The notes under the pieces: model-generated | What the model saw: the letters and a program-made list of their open reading frames with translations, nothing else | Told to the model about the DNA's origin: nothing | Database searches by the model: none | DNA from: Eledone cirrhosa | Taxonomy: Eukaryota | DNA length: 64,000 nucleotides | NCBI GenBank assembly: GCA_964016885.1 | Contig: OZ024741.1 | Coordinates: 193,874,001 to 193,938,000 of the forward strand | Reading direction: 5' to 3' | Made by a program: the position numbers and the translations under genes | Shown here: positions 1 through 13,291 of the stretch, piece after piece | Numbering within the stretch: position 1 is the stretch's first letter | Layout of the letters: every line of letters begins with the position of its first letter

Positions 1-228
1 CAATTCCACCCTCAAGTCCTATAGATTTAATTTTAATTTAATTTTTTAATTTTTTAATTTTTTAATTTTTTAAATTATTTTTAATGCCTTTTTATTCGTT
101 TTCTCTTTCACTTCTTTCTTCCCTTCAGATCCCTATAGCTCATTCATCCCACATCTAGCTTACCCCTCAATCACCACTTACGTAACACTACCAGGGACGA
201 CGTGCAACTACATAGTCTACACATCCCA

Positions 229-277
<49 letters not shown>

Positions 278-355
278 ACCACCCCACTCTCAAGAGCGTG
301 AAACTAATAAACCTTTGTTCGTACTGCCTCTCTGTTTTGTTCCCGTTCAATTTTT

Positions 356-397
<42 letters not shown>

Positions 398-401
<4 letters not shown>

Positions 402-580
402 TGTTATACTTGGGGAGGGTCATTTTGTTGTAATAATATCGCCAGAAATAGTCACCACTTTAAAACTCATAGCGAATGGCTTTCTAAATGTTTTTAATTA
501 AACATACAGTATATTGCCAAATATACTATACATACATTCATGTATACATCGCTATTTCAGAGCACCAATACTTTTATTTT
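398..580 (+). repeat. Dispersed relative of the 310-bp ribozyme repeat family
   Basis: 470-570 aligns by eye to 42493-42590 and to the minus strand of the array unit (shared TCGCTATTTCAGAGC). 398-452 aligns to revcomp 58835-58888. Bounded by (TA)n. Confidence 0.65.
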
Positions 581-597
581 ATATATATATATATACA

Positions 598-1490
598 TAA
601 ACTGCCAAAGTCCAAAAGTCCATCTCAACAGCCGATGACCATGGAGTTCTGTTTCTGTTTTTCGTTTATATTTTTATTTTCAAAAAATAATTTTTTAAGG
701 TTTTCCCATAAAAAATTATTTTTCGTTTTCCCTTGTTTTCGTTCGTTGTTTTGTCCTCTCTTTGTTAATTTTCCAACGTGTATCTACTAATGTGTAACGA
801 ACGTGTTCTCTCTTCTCCCTCCATTAATTTCAATGACTTACATTTTTAACACGATATCTTACTTTCTTCTTCTTACCTTTTTTCCCTTCCATTTCCTTTT
901 TCTTCCTTTCTTTTCCTTTGTTTCACTCATAAGAAGTCCGTGTTATAAAACACAATACTTTCTCTCTGACATCACACAAAATTCTATGTATACTTCTTAT
1001 TATTTTGTCTTGTATCTTATTCCATGGACGGCGCTTTGGTTTGTGTCAGATGCTGTTACCCCTGGTGGACCAGTAGTACCGTTGGTAGGGGGTCGAAACT
1101 GCCAAAGTCCATCTCAACGGTCGATTACCATGGAATTCTGTGTTTTTCGTTTGTATTGTTATTTTTTAAAACAAAAAAAAATTTTTAAGGTTTCCCTTTC
1201 AAAAAATTGTTTTGCGTTTTGCTTTGTTTTCGTTCGTTGTCTTTTCCTCTCTTTGTTTATTTTCCTAAATTTATCATTACTAATCTGTGACGAACATGTT
1301 CCCCACCATAATAATTTCAATAACTTACATTATTAACACGATATCTTACTTCCTTCTTCTTGCTCTTTTTCTTCCTTTCTTTTCCTTTGTTTCATTCATG
1401 AGACTTTCCTCCTATAAAACATTACATTTTTTTCGTTTTGCCTTGTTTTCATTCGTTGTTTTGCTCTCTCTTTGCTTATTTTCCTGTATA
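598..1490. repeat. Imperfect tandem duplication, period ~500 bp
   Basis: aaactgccaaagtcca...tctcaac..ccatgga.ttctg starts at ~599 and again at ~1096. T-rich downstream blocks are also duplicated. Confidence 0.7.
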
Positions 1491-2531
1491 TAAATGTGTG
1501 TGTGCGTGTGTGTGCGTGTGCGCGCGATGGCAACCTCTTCATGATCGGATAGGGCTATCAAACGATATCAGTTTGAGTCCCAAGGGTGTTAACTGTCTGT
1601 CATCCACATCATTCAAAGATCCCACGATATCGAGTGATGTCTGTGCATAAAGCTTTTTACAGCGAGGAAAGGCTTTGCACTGGGCCACACTCAATGAACA
1701 ACAATAGCTATAATCCGAAAAGAACAGAAATATATATATCATCGATTGCTATTGAACTGTAGGCTTTACATCAGTTTCTTTCTCCAAGGGCGATAGCATA
1801 ACGAGGACCAAGGATTTCTCACTTCCAGTCCATATTAGTAGCATGACACAGTCCATTTATTAAGTCAGTTGATCGAGCTTGTTATTGTGTCGTTTCTCCC
1901 TTTTCCTCTTGTTATCCTGCTTCCTTTCGTCTTCAATATCGATGCTTAGATCATAGAATAACTTCCGCTATATTGGTCAGTCATCAATATAATGCCTCCA
2001 GCAGTGAAGAATGTTACCTTTTCTCAAAATATCCTTGGTAATGTCCTTATACCTCAAGAGAGAGCATCCTACATGTCGAGCACCATCCTCAAGCTCACCA
2101 ACAAGAAGTTTCTTTACAGTGGACACAATACGTTACATAGTGGAACAAACGATGGGACAACAATAATAGGTGCCCCGAACAATGTGGTTTCAACGCTACA
2201 CCCTGCACCCAGTGAACGCTTATGCAAAACAACATTCACAAAAACTACGTGTAAATTCAGAAAACATCCAGAAAGTGTACACAACTAGGACCGACGGAAC
2301 AAATTATCAATGGAATTTTAGTCATAAAATTCTATTGAGGGAGCATGTTCGTGATAGCAACAGTGACGTAGCAGATCTAGACGGTGACAGCATCACGTGA
2401 CCTTCTAACACACACACACACACACACACACACATGGGTTACATGTCATCTGAAGCACTTAAGAGCAACCTGACAATATATAAGTGTAATTTCACAAGCA
2501 GGTTGCTCCGTTGATTGTCAACTGGAACACT

Positions 2532-2571
<40 letters not shown>

Positions 2572-2713
2572 CCTTCTTTGTATCTCTCTCTATACGTTGG
2601 TAATTGAATCAGTATTGATTGCTGGGAAATCCATTAACTAGATGATTAATGCACAGAAAGACAGAGATTCATATTACACATGCAGTCGCCATGATGCAGA
2701 TAATTAAAATAAT

Positions 2714-2894
2714 TGTTTCTACTTTAGGCACAAGGCCAGCAATTACCCAGTGCATTACTGGTACTTTATTTTATCGACCCCGTAAGGATGAAAGGCAAAG
2801 TAAACCTCGGCGGGATTTGAACTCAGACCGTAAAGGGACGTAACTATGCTGGAAAGCATGGCGTCCGACTCTCTACCGATACTGCCAATCCACC
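2714..2894 (-). mobile_element. tRNA-derived SINE with Nin/Deu-like central domain
   Basis: B-box gagttcaaatccc and central gcctttcatccttacggggtcgataaaataaagtaccag on the minus strand. TSD aattaaaataat at 2702-2713 and 2895-2906. Near-identical copies at 31733, 35041 and 35576. Confidence 0.85.
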
Positions 2895-3809
2895 AATTAA
2901 AATAATAGTTGAATATAATTAGGAAAAATACTCCAGGGTAAAGAAGAAAAAAGTGGACAGCAATCGAAATACGCATCTCTCGTATGCCATGTGTGAGTCT
3001 CGATTCTCCGATACACCTCTGTCATCGGGAATATTTTACCTGATTTATTCAACTTTTGTTATTGTTATCGGCATTGTGGCGGCTATATTTTCGTGTATAT
3101 GTCTATCAGAAATACTGGTTGTTTGAGTATGTTGTATGGTTGAAGTGGATTGCAGTAGGGAAAGCGACAAGGACCCCCAACGTATTGAGACAGATCAACA
3201 AAGAAACAAAACTGGTAATTTAGATGTTTTTATTTCTACCATGGAATTCAACGAGACCATGTGGTGAACACAACAGGAATAGGAAAAAAGTTTGAAATAA
3301 AAAAAATGTGTTTTCGTCAACAAGTTAGTAAAATCTGGAGTAGTAATAAATATGAACGAAGAGTATTTTATTGTGATGCGTTTCGTTGTGGTGAAATTTG
3401 ATGCGTGAGAGCTTGAATGCAGAGAAGTTAAGAAATGAGACAGCTTCTGTCTGTGTTTGGCTGGCTATTTTTGGCCAGGCAGTTGTAGCAGTCATAACTG
3501 ACTACCGCGTGTTCACGCTAGGCAAAGAAGTGGAAGAAAGAGAATGCAGATTGATTAACTTCTCATAGAAATAGCCTCTCGTGGTAATGGTCTAGCTGCA
3601 GAAGTGGGTCATGGTTACCAGCCTGCTTCAGCCAGCGTCAGTTGTCAGATGTCTGAGGCCAGAAAGCCATATGACGATGTTAAGAGAAAGTTTGAATTAT
3701 CCACACCTAGTTGTCATCATAGCTTTTCGACGATGGTATCAACGCTACTTTAGTCTGGTTGTTATTCGTAAACAGAAAATTTAACCGAGCGATGGTTTCG
3801 CTACATACA

Positions 3810-3913
<104 letters not shown>

Positions 3914-3977
3914 ACATAGAGAGAGAGAGTGAGAGAGAGAGAGAGAAAAAGAGAGAAACACCCACTCAAACACACAA

Positions 3978-4011
<34 letters not shown>

Positions 4012-4127
4012 ACGCACACACACATAACGGATCCTTTGGTAACGAATCTAATTAGGGTATATCGATTAAAATGTATGTATACTTAGGGACAATTCATTCA
4101 GTATTCTTAAAGCCAACATGCAAATAA

Positions 4128-4207
4128 TCTTCTTCTTCTTCTTCTTCTTCTTCTTCTTCTTCTTCTTCTTCTTCTTCTTCTTCTTCTTCTTCTTCTTCTT
4201 CTTCTTC
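4128..4207. repeat. (CTT)n microsatellite
   Basis: Direct reading. Confidence 0.95.
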
Positions 4208-6033
4208 AACTATGCCTTACAGGGCACGGGAATCGAGTCTTCTGGGTGGTGCAGACAACTGAGAGTGTACAGCAGACTTCCTAGTGTCAGCAAAACAACC
4301 AGAAATCATCAGAGTGGTTTGAGGCCGAATATCGTACTTTCATTCCAGTTCATCAAAACAGCTGATTTTGATTGAACTTACCGTGTAATTTGAAAGTAGA
4401 TTAGAAGAAACACAAATCTTCAAGACCGAAAATACGCCAGTTTGGCCAATAGCCTGAGGGAAGCCAGGGGCTTTGTGTGCCACTCTGCCTACAGTCTCAT
4501 CAAACAACTCTCAGTTTCTGGGAAGACAAAGAATAAAGCCCTAAATGCAATATCTGAGACAGCTAAAAGGGGTTTCGACTGGATCTAGCCGAGGAGGAAC
4601 AAAAACGACCTCCGTACCACGTGAGAGGCATCGTGTTTGTATTTTGACGCACGCTAAGGGATATAACTCTGAGTCAGTCGTGGCTTGTAGTGTTGGCGAT
4701 AGCACCGCCCGTACAGTTAATGTCTCACTGCTATCATGACTACCAACGTTATTTTTCCAATTCAAGAAAACGTTTAAATATAAGTTTGAAATATAAGTAG
4801 AGGGAGAGGGAGAGAGAGAGAGAGTGAAACACCCAGTGGAGAGAGAGAGAGAGTGAAACACCCAATGGAGTGGCATTCCAGCTAGATCCTGTCAACAAAA
4901 TCTCCATGCGGTTTAAATACACAGAAACTTTCCGAATGGCTAAATGTCAGCAGAAGGGCATCCAGGAGTCATGACTTGGATGCGGCCCGGCCATCTTTAA
5001 AGTGTAAGAAGTTAAGAGCCGAAACACTCGCTTGAGTGGGGGTTTTCTTCTCTGAAGACCTTCTGCTGTCCAGCTCTCCTGGGAATTTGTCACCACTAAT
5101 ACGATATCTTTGAGAGATTAATTCTTAATTTCTTGAAATTATCTTTTCTTTGAAAGTTATTAGCAATTGGCTGTAAGTTTATGTTCTGTTTCTCCAACTA
5201 AGAAATACATTTCAACTAATTAAGATGTTGAAATGTATTTCATAATGTGCGGTATTCTGTACAACAAATTATTAAACCACAGACTATCTATAATGAATGG
5301 ACTGAAGAACAACACTACTAGTTTCAGCTGCAATTTAGAAGCTCGTCAGTACTATTTACTTCATCTGTTTCACACGCAGTCACACACAAAACTCAAACAC
5401 ACACATACACACACAGAGGATGTGCGCAGATTTTCCCGGTCAATTTCATAAAAGTAGCAGAGAATTTTCAAAAGGTATTGGATTGTAAGTAATTAAATAA
5501 AAAACTCAAGAAAATACTCCAGAAATAGCCGTCGAAACGGCTTGAGCTCTGCCATCGGGGTCTAACATTTTCATATATATATATTTATTTCGCCCCCTCT
5601 GTCAGTTACAATTTCTCTCGACTGACCTCTTCCTTACACTTCCACTCACCCACTCTCTGTTTCTCCCCTTCTCACTTCCTCCCGTTTGACTTGTGTGGGT
5701 CTCTTCTTGCTCACATCTCACACACATCAACACGGTCTGTACCTCTCTCGCTCATGAAATCCACCCAGATTATGCTGACCGGACAACCATGTTGCTTGTT
5801 TATTTTCCTATCTTCGGTTTGCTTTTATCCTTCTATGTTGTTTACTTGTCCCCCTCGCCTTTTGCGAATTCTGGTCCCAATAACTTTTTTTAGTTATTGC
5901 TCGCACCAACCTGAGGTATCTGATTTTTAATGCGATGAAATACCAATGATGGTTGGAAAATCACTGACGAAGGACTATTTTTATCATATGTAACCCATGT
6001 GCAAACCACGCAGTATTCTTCTTTCTTCTCATG

Positions 6034-6113
<80 letters not shown>

Positions 6114-6630
6114 GACGTAAAATAAGAAAATTTAAAAAAAAATTAAAAATTAACTTACTTACTAAAATTTTCACTCCAACTAATTAGTTTCTGTAATGGG
6201 ATAAAGATAGTTACGTAATATAACCATCGAGAATTCATTACGTCAATCGGGAGTCTATTCTCAGCTAAGTCTCCAGGCAATGCGCGGACACTAGGGACTC
6301 ATATAAAAATAATAATAATTCGGTGGATGGAACAGCTAGCGGGGACTAGATTCCATGCACTGAAAAAGTTCGCTGTCTCTGGTGAAATGGCAGATTCTAA
6401 AGAATCAATCACGTGACACTGAGGCTAGTCGGAAGGAGTGGGTTGGTAAGATGACAAAGGCCTATAAGTAAGTTAATTTTTAATTTTTTTTTTAATTTTC
6501 TTATTTTACGTCTTTCATATTATTGTTCTGCATCCTCCTGCATTGAACCACCTAGGTACTATGACATAACCTATGTATTTGCTAGCATTAGTGTACATCT
6601 GTACGCATATGTTGGTAGATATACTAAATT

Positions 6631-6696
<66 letters not shown>

Positions 6697-6729
6697 AAAT
6701 AAGATGCTGAGGTTACTTATATCGTTTAA

Positions 6730-6817
6730 TCATAATAATTATTTCCACGGTTCTCCATGCAATCGAGATGTCCTTCATGCATTTGCTGTTGATTATAAGA
6801 ACGGTATCCTCAGATGA
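6730..6817 (-). ncRNA. Type-I hammerhead ribozyme motif (inverted copy of 7724-7805)
   Basis: Minus strand: tcat CTGAGGA taccgttctt...gagaaccgtg GAAA taatta TT atga. Helix I tcat/atga; palindromic helix III ataattat. Confidence 0.6.
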
Positions 6818-7723
6818 AAAATCGATATGTTTGATATGTCGCTGGCAGGAAAAAACACACGTCCTAATCGATCTATGTTTCTATCCCATTTTCACCTTCT
6901 TGTTTCAACGGACTACTATTGTGGTTAGTTTATTTATCATGGAAGCGTGACTTTTTTTCCTGTTGCCGCCGTCGCCGCGGTGGGGTCATCACTGGTGTTG
7001 TTGTTGCTGTTGTTGTTGTTGGTGTTACCAATGGCTTAATACTAACATAGATGATACCACCACTACTACGATGAACGCGGTGGGTGATGGGCGGTGTTGG
7101 TGCTTGTTGTCGTTACCATTGTTGTTGCTATTTATGGTCATGGTGATTGATACCACCAACTCTGTGTACCCACCTACCTCTGAAGTCCTTTTTATTGCTT
7201 TGGCGTTATCGCTGTTTATTGTCGACAGGGTGAAACCGCCACTACGACTGCTGCGGCCTGTATACACGACACGACGCTGGTCTGTGTTTTTGCTGTTGTT
7301 GTCGTTGTTGCTGTTGTTATCGTTGTAAGTGTTTGCTGTAGCTGTTGCTTTAGTTGTTGTTGTCAATAGGGTGGTGGTATCAGCACAACTATTGCGACCA
7401 GTGTAGACAACATTGGTCGGTGGTTTGATATTATTGTCATTATTGTTGTTGTCATTGCCGTTGTTGTTGTTGTAGTAGTTGTCTATAGGTGGTTGTCAAC
7501 AAAATATATACCCCACCCTCCCCCAGGGCTCCATTTATTACTTCCACTGTCTACTGGGTTTTGGCTGCACACAGTTCTTCGTTCTTTTCGTCTTTTTTCG
7601 TTGGTAGCTCTTTCTAGCAAACGCGATGGCTGGCAAACCCTTCAAGGAACTCATATGTATGCTGGGCATACAGGCATTAGGATGGGTGTTTTCCTGCCAG
7701 TAACATATCAAATATATCGATCT

Positions 7724-7805
7724 TCATCTGAGGAAACCGTTCTCATAATCAACAGCATGAAGGACATCTCGATTGCATGGAGAACCGTAGAAATAATTAT
7801 AATGA
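7724..7805 (+). ncRNA. Type-I hammerhead ribozyme motif, extended helix II
   Basis: tcat CTGAGGA aaccgttctc...gagaaccgta GAAA taatta TA atga. Helix II gttctc/gagaac; palindromic helix III; AUA triplet. Confidence 0.65.
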
Positions 7806-7955
7806 TTAAACGATATATGTAACCTCAGCATCTTATTTTATTATTTTTATAAAATTCTCCATCGTAACTAAAAACAACGATTGTTGAGAGCTTTCTCCTG
7901 CTTACTCTTGTTTTTACCAAAACAATCTTTTCCAAACACAATATATATATATATG

Positions 7956-8027
<72 letters not shown>

Positions 8028-8174
8028 TATTTTCCGTTGTGTTGTAATATAAATATTACACACAGTAGATTGACAGCTCACGTAGAGTTTGCTCGACGGT
8101 TCCAGTTGTAGTTCCAAAAGTAATCCGGAGAAAAATAGAAAGATTTGAATGGATACAGTTTAGTTGAAAGGAAT

Positions 8175-8295
8175 TTATTGACACGTGTTTCTATAACAGT
8201 TACATAACCTGAAAACAGCTGCTATCTACAAAGTATTAGTTATGCAGACATTCAATATTTCAATGTTATTATTTACTGTCATTTCATCAGAATAA
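8175..8295 (-). ncRNA. Hammerhead ribozyme in 3' pLTR
   Basis: ttatt CTGATGA aatgacagt-(long loop)-actgttata GAAAC acgt GTC aataa. Confidence 0.75.
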
Positions 8296-8823
8296 TATTA
8301 CTGAGGACCTGTTTGGTTTTTATAGAGAATATTAGGAGGAAGGGGTGAAGTTGTTAGAAGAATAGTTGAGGGAGAGGTTTTTTGATAGCAGTGAGAATTT
8401 TTGGTGGCAGTGAGTAATTAGATTCCCATCTGTTGTTTTGACATTTTTATAGAATATATTATTGGTTATTTTTCTAAATCTATAGAAGGATTAGAGATAG
8501 TAAAGATATGCGTGGTTGGTTTTGTGTTTGCACTTAATTAACATTCAGACTTAAATTTTTCTTTCAAGTGTACGTATCCTTTCACCCATGCATTCACACA
8601 CAAACATATTTGCACACCTCTACAAAATACATATACTCACATTCACATAGTAACATGTTCATACTTACATATATATACACATGCATACATATATATATAC
8701 ACACATGTATTCATGTACATACATACGCGTTCATGCGTATACATTTTGATACTCAACTTATCTTTATATACACACGTATAGACACACACATATATACATA
8801 CATACTATAGTCTATGTGTATAC

Positions 8824-8896
<73 letters not shown>

Positions 8897-9174
8897 TACT
8901 TTAATACATGAATACACTTACATCTAACTATACACATCAAACATATATATATATTTACTTATTTATATACATTTTCACATATATATATACATACTTATGG
9001 TCGCTTTTAGACACATTCATTATCGCATTTTTGCACCTATTCTCATCAGCATATCTTTCCATTATTAGTGTGGTAATTTGAGGTTATTAATATACATATA
9101 TATGTTGAGAAGAGATTGTTTTTATATTTTTCTAACTAGATTGAGGTTTATATAGTTGGGGGGATGTCCCTCTT

Positions 9175-11497
9175 TTATGTAATATTCGGCTTGTAGTGGG
9201 AAAAAAGGGTTTTAGTTCGGTGACGGCAGAATAATGTTCGTTCAATTCTGTTATTCAGCAATTTCTTCTTGTGTGTGATTATGTAATAAATCTCAAGATT
9301 ACACAATTTGCAGAAATTTTGGCTCCTGGAAAAGCTTTGGGTTTTATCTAATTTCTCCCATTTTAGGGTAAACTTTTGAACGCTATCCCTGAGCGTCCAA
9401 GCTTTTTCTGCTAAAGTTGTTACATTTCTTTGGCTCTGGTGTTTTATTGAGTAAGAATGCCTATATAATCGAGATTTAAACGATGTTGCCGTTGATCCCA
9501 CGTAATACCACTCGTTGCCTCCGGATTTAATGGTACACTTATAAATAATATTTTTTTCCAGGCAGTTATTGCCGAGGGGGCAGTTGTCAGGATAGGTGCA
9601 GTTACAGTTGTGTACGTTGGGTTTTCTCTGGAGTAGTATTGCGGACGAACTTAGGTGTGGTTTATTTATGTTCTGTAGTGTATTGTCTACTGTTTTTTTT
9701 TTGTGTTCTTTGTACTTAAGTTTTTAGTGTTTTCGTTTAACCTTCTAGTATTGATCTTTTTTATGTGTTGTTCAAGGTTTAACGCTGTAGAGTATGACAG
9801 TCTTATAGTGGTATGGTTTAGGATTTTGTGGTATTTGTGTGATGTAGGAAAATGTCTCTTAATTATTTTAAAGAAGAGTACTGGTAAATTTGTACTAATG
9901 GAACTATTGTATTCGGGGTTATACCATAAGTACTCTTTGCATCGCTTTCTATTAGGTTTTTTGTTGGTTTACTGGTGTGCATACTATGGTAGTAAGTGTG
10001 GTTTAGTGTTGTGTTATTATATCTACCTATGTGGGATTTATTTTGGGTGTTTTGATTGTTCCCATCTATATACTCTATTTTGTTGAGGTAGCCTGCTTTA
10101 CTAAGGGCGTTATCGTAGTACTCGGCGTGTTCCTTAAATACTTGTATGTTAGAAGATAGACCCGAGATTCTAAGGGAAATATTTTTAGGGATAGATTTAA
10201 TTATAGAGATGGGGTGGTTAGACCCAACATTTACGTATTTGAGATTTTCATTCAATTTATGAAACGGTTTAATCAGACCAGAGTTTAAATTGAGTGTGAC
10301 ATCCAGGAAGTTAACTACTTTAAGGTTGTATTCATATGTTATAGTTAGTCCTATTTCGAGTAGTAGTTTTCTTATATCTTTGCGTAGTTTTTCTAGTTTT
10401 TGGTTATTTAGGTTTTTAACTAGGAGGAGAACATCGTCGCGGTATATTCCGCCGTGGAGATTGTTGAATTTTTCCTGGAGTCTAAAAGCGATAAATAACC
10501 CCACAATATCAGTTATTTCCGCCGAATCGTTAGAGCCCATTGTTATGTCAAAGTTAGAGGGTCTATCTTTACGTACCCAATAACTGTTCTCAAATTTGAC
10601 TATAGTTTTCCTAGTTTCTAATATAATCTTAATTTCATCGTTTGTAAGGTCAGAGTTATCCTTAGCAAACTTAATGGCTCTATTCAAAGTTTCAGGTGAT
10701 ATCGATGAGTAATATTCATCGATATCAAACTGGATAAACTTAGATTTATTCTTATTGCTAATGCTATTAAGCCATATTATTGCTTCTTGGGTCTTCCCCC
10801 AGAGTTTAATGTTAACCTTAGCCTTAATTTGGGGGATGATTCTATCTAAGATATATTTGCTTATTTTACCTATATCTGATTTAGAGGGGCAGATTAATCT
10901 AATTTTAGGGTCATTATCAAAGTTTACCTTATGGTCCTTAAGATTGAAGGTGGGTACCGCCGGTAAGAGTGGTCGTGTCCTATCTTCGATTCCGAGATTT
11001 TTCACTATTTCGCATCCCTCATCATTGATGTGCTTAAGAGTTACTTCATTCGTTTTTCTATATTTTTTATGTAATTCTTTTCGAATGAAGTTGTTGTATG
11101 TAGTGCAATCCATAGTATATAGGTTTGATGTTTTGTCCGCTTTTACTACAATTCCTTTGGTGTTTTTAAGGTCGTCCAGTAGTTTTTTAATATCTTTCTG
11201 TAATTTGTTGTTGGTGTTACGTTCTTTGAATTTAATTTTAAGGATTAAGTTCATAAGGTCCTGCTCAAATGCATCTAATAGTGGGTTAGTGGGGGGTTTT
11301 TTACACGTTCTAAAGCCGAATTTGTTGTTTACACCACTTTCTAATGGTGAGTTCATACGGCTTCTATCATAGTGGAGCGTTTTCCACCTGACACGTCGAA
11401 TGAATTCATTAGTTTTTTGAATCATACTCAATAAGTATTCCTTTTTACCTTGGGTTGGTATGTTTTTGAGTGACATATCCAGGTAGTGTTTTTCCAT
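9175..11497 (-). pseudogene. PLE reverse transcriptase + GIY-YIG endonuclease ORF (~774 codons) with two single-base frameshifts
   Basis: RT motifs KADKTSN, LKDHK, FDIDEYYSSI, ITMGS, IYRDDVL, FLDVTL. Then WYNPEY (codon at 9926, second frame), then CNC..CPL..C-IIYKC..YYVGST..FKSR..CKLC..CRH (frame of 9600/9501). Frame changes lie near T runs at ~9957 and ~9693. Confidence 0.9.
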
Positions 11498-11701
11498 TGT
11501 TGTGGTTGCGTTTGCTGTGTGGGTTGCTCGACTTTACAGGAGGTAAATATACAGTATTTTCCGTTGTGTTGTAATATAAATATTACACACAGTAGATTGA
11601 CAGCTCACGTAGAGTTTGCTCGACGGTTCCAGTTGTAGTTCCAAAAGTAATCCGGAGAAAAATAGAAAGATTTGAATGGATACAGTTTAGTTGAAAGGAA
11701 T

Positions 11702-11822
11702 TTATTGACACGTGTTTCTATAACAGTTACATAACCTGAAAACAGCTGCTATCTACAAAGTATTAGTTATGCAGACATTCAATATTTCAATGTTATTATT
11801 TACTGTCATTTCATCAGAATAA
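11702..11822 (-). ncRNA. Hammerhead ribozyme in 5' pLTR
   Basis: Same motif as 8175-8295. Confidence 0.75.
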
Positions 11823-12465
11823 TATTACTGAGGACCTGTTTGGTTTTTATAGAGAATATAGAGGGGTGAAGTTGTTAGAAGAATAGTTGAGGGAGTGGTT
11901 TTTTGATAGCAGTGAGAATTTTTGGTGGCAGTGAGTAATTAGATTCCCATCTGTTGTTTTGACATTTTTATAGAATATATTATTGGTTATTTTTCTAAAT
12001 CTATAGAAGGATTAGAGATAGTAAAGATATGCGTGGTTGGTTTTGTGTTTGCACTTAATTAACATTCAGACTTAAATTTTTCTTTCAAGTGTACGTATCC
12101 TTTCACCCATGCATTCACACACAAACATATTTGCACACCTCTACAAAATACATATACTCACATTCACATAGTAACATGCTCATACTTACATATATATACA
12201 CATGCATACATATATATATACACACATGTATTCATGTACATACATACGCGTTCATGCGTATACATTTTGATACTCAACTTATCTTTATATACACACGTAT
12301 AGACACACACATATATACATACATACTCTAGTCTAATTACTAATTACTCACTGCCACCAAAAATTCTCACTGCTATCAAAAAACCACTCCCTCAACTATT
12401 CTTCTAACAACTTCACCCCTCCCTCCTAATATTCTCTATAAAAACCAAACAGGTCCTCAGTAATA

Positions 12466-12586
12466 TTATTCTGATGAAATGACAGTAAATAATAACATTG
12501 AAATATTGAATGTCTGCATAACTAATACTTTGTAGATAGCAGCTGTTTTCAGGTTATGTAACTGTTATAGAAACACGTGTCAATAA
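12466..12586 (+). ncRNA. Hammerhead ribozyme in inverted pLTR
   Basis: CTGATGA 12471-12477, GAAAC 12570-12574, GTC 12579-12581; helix I ttatt/aataa. Confidence 0.75.
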
Positions 12587-12620
12587 ATTCCTTTCAACTA
12601 AACTGTATCCACTCAAATCT

Positions 12621-12662
<42 letters not shown>

Positions 12663-12665
<3 letters not shown>

Positions 12666-13041
12666 TGGCGAAGGGTAACCTGGAAAGCAGGGCATTCAGT
12701 CCAATCGCCATGGCGGAAAGTGGGGCTGTGCAGCCTCCCCCCCCCAATTCCTTCTAAATGACCCTCCCGGTCAAAGCCGCATGTAGTGTTATCTTGTGTG
12801 TGTGTGTGTTATCTTATTATGTGTCTACGATTTAGTAAGCAGTCAAAATTCTGCTTGCCCCAAAGCTATCGTGTGTTTGTGTATGTGTTTGTGTGTATGT
12901 GTGTGTGTGTGTTATCTTTTTTTGTGTCAACGTTTTAGTAAGCAGCCAAAATTCTGCTTGCTTCAACCGACACAATTGATCAACTCAAGATTCTATAACG
13001 CATGCACTGCATGCGTTGCATGCACGGACCCTTCGCTCCTG
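12663..13041. mobile_element. hAT-like MITE
   Basis: Imperfect TIRs cagtggcgaagggt / acccttcgctcctg; atatatat on both sides. Confidence 0.55.
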
Positions 13042-13218
13042 ATATATATATATATATATTTTAAAATATATTTTGAAACTTTTTCATTATTTACTAAACC
13101 TTGTTTATATTTGTTCTGGCTCGTTAATTTATTAACCAGCCATTGAACCACATTGGCATTTGGTTGGACAATACATGCGTACCTTGGCGCCTTGTGCGTG
13201 AAGGAACGTATTTCATGT

Positions 13219-13291
<73 letters not shown>

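Larger units (their letters stand above)
8021..12626 (-). mobile_element. Penelope-like retroelement (Naiad-like) with direct pseudo-LTRs and a partial inverted pLTR
   Basis: Direct repeats 8021-8814 and 11548-12335. Inverted copy 12340-12626 of ~11663-11942. Internal RT + GIY-YIG ORF; HHR in each pLTR; flanked by (TA)n. Confidence 0.9.

Noticed and set aside
1530-2400. Possible piggyBac-like transposase remnant on the minus strand (MTDQYSGSY, Cys-rich end)
   Set aside because: Too degraded to support without a homology search
5966-6035. CTGACGA-aggact motif as a hammerhead (also at ~59770-59786, minus)
   Set aside because: No closing helix II or GAAA downstream
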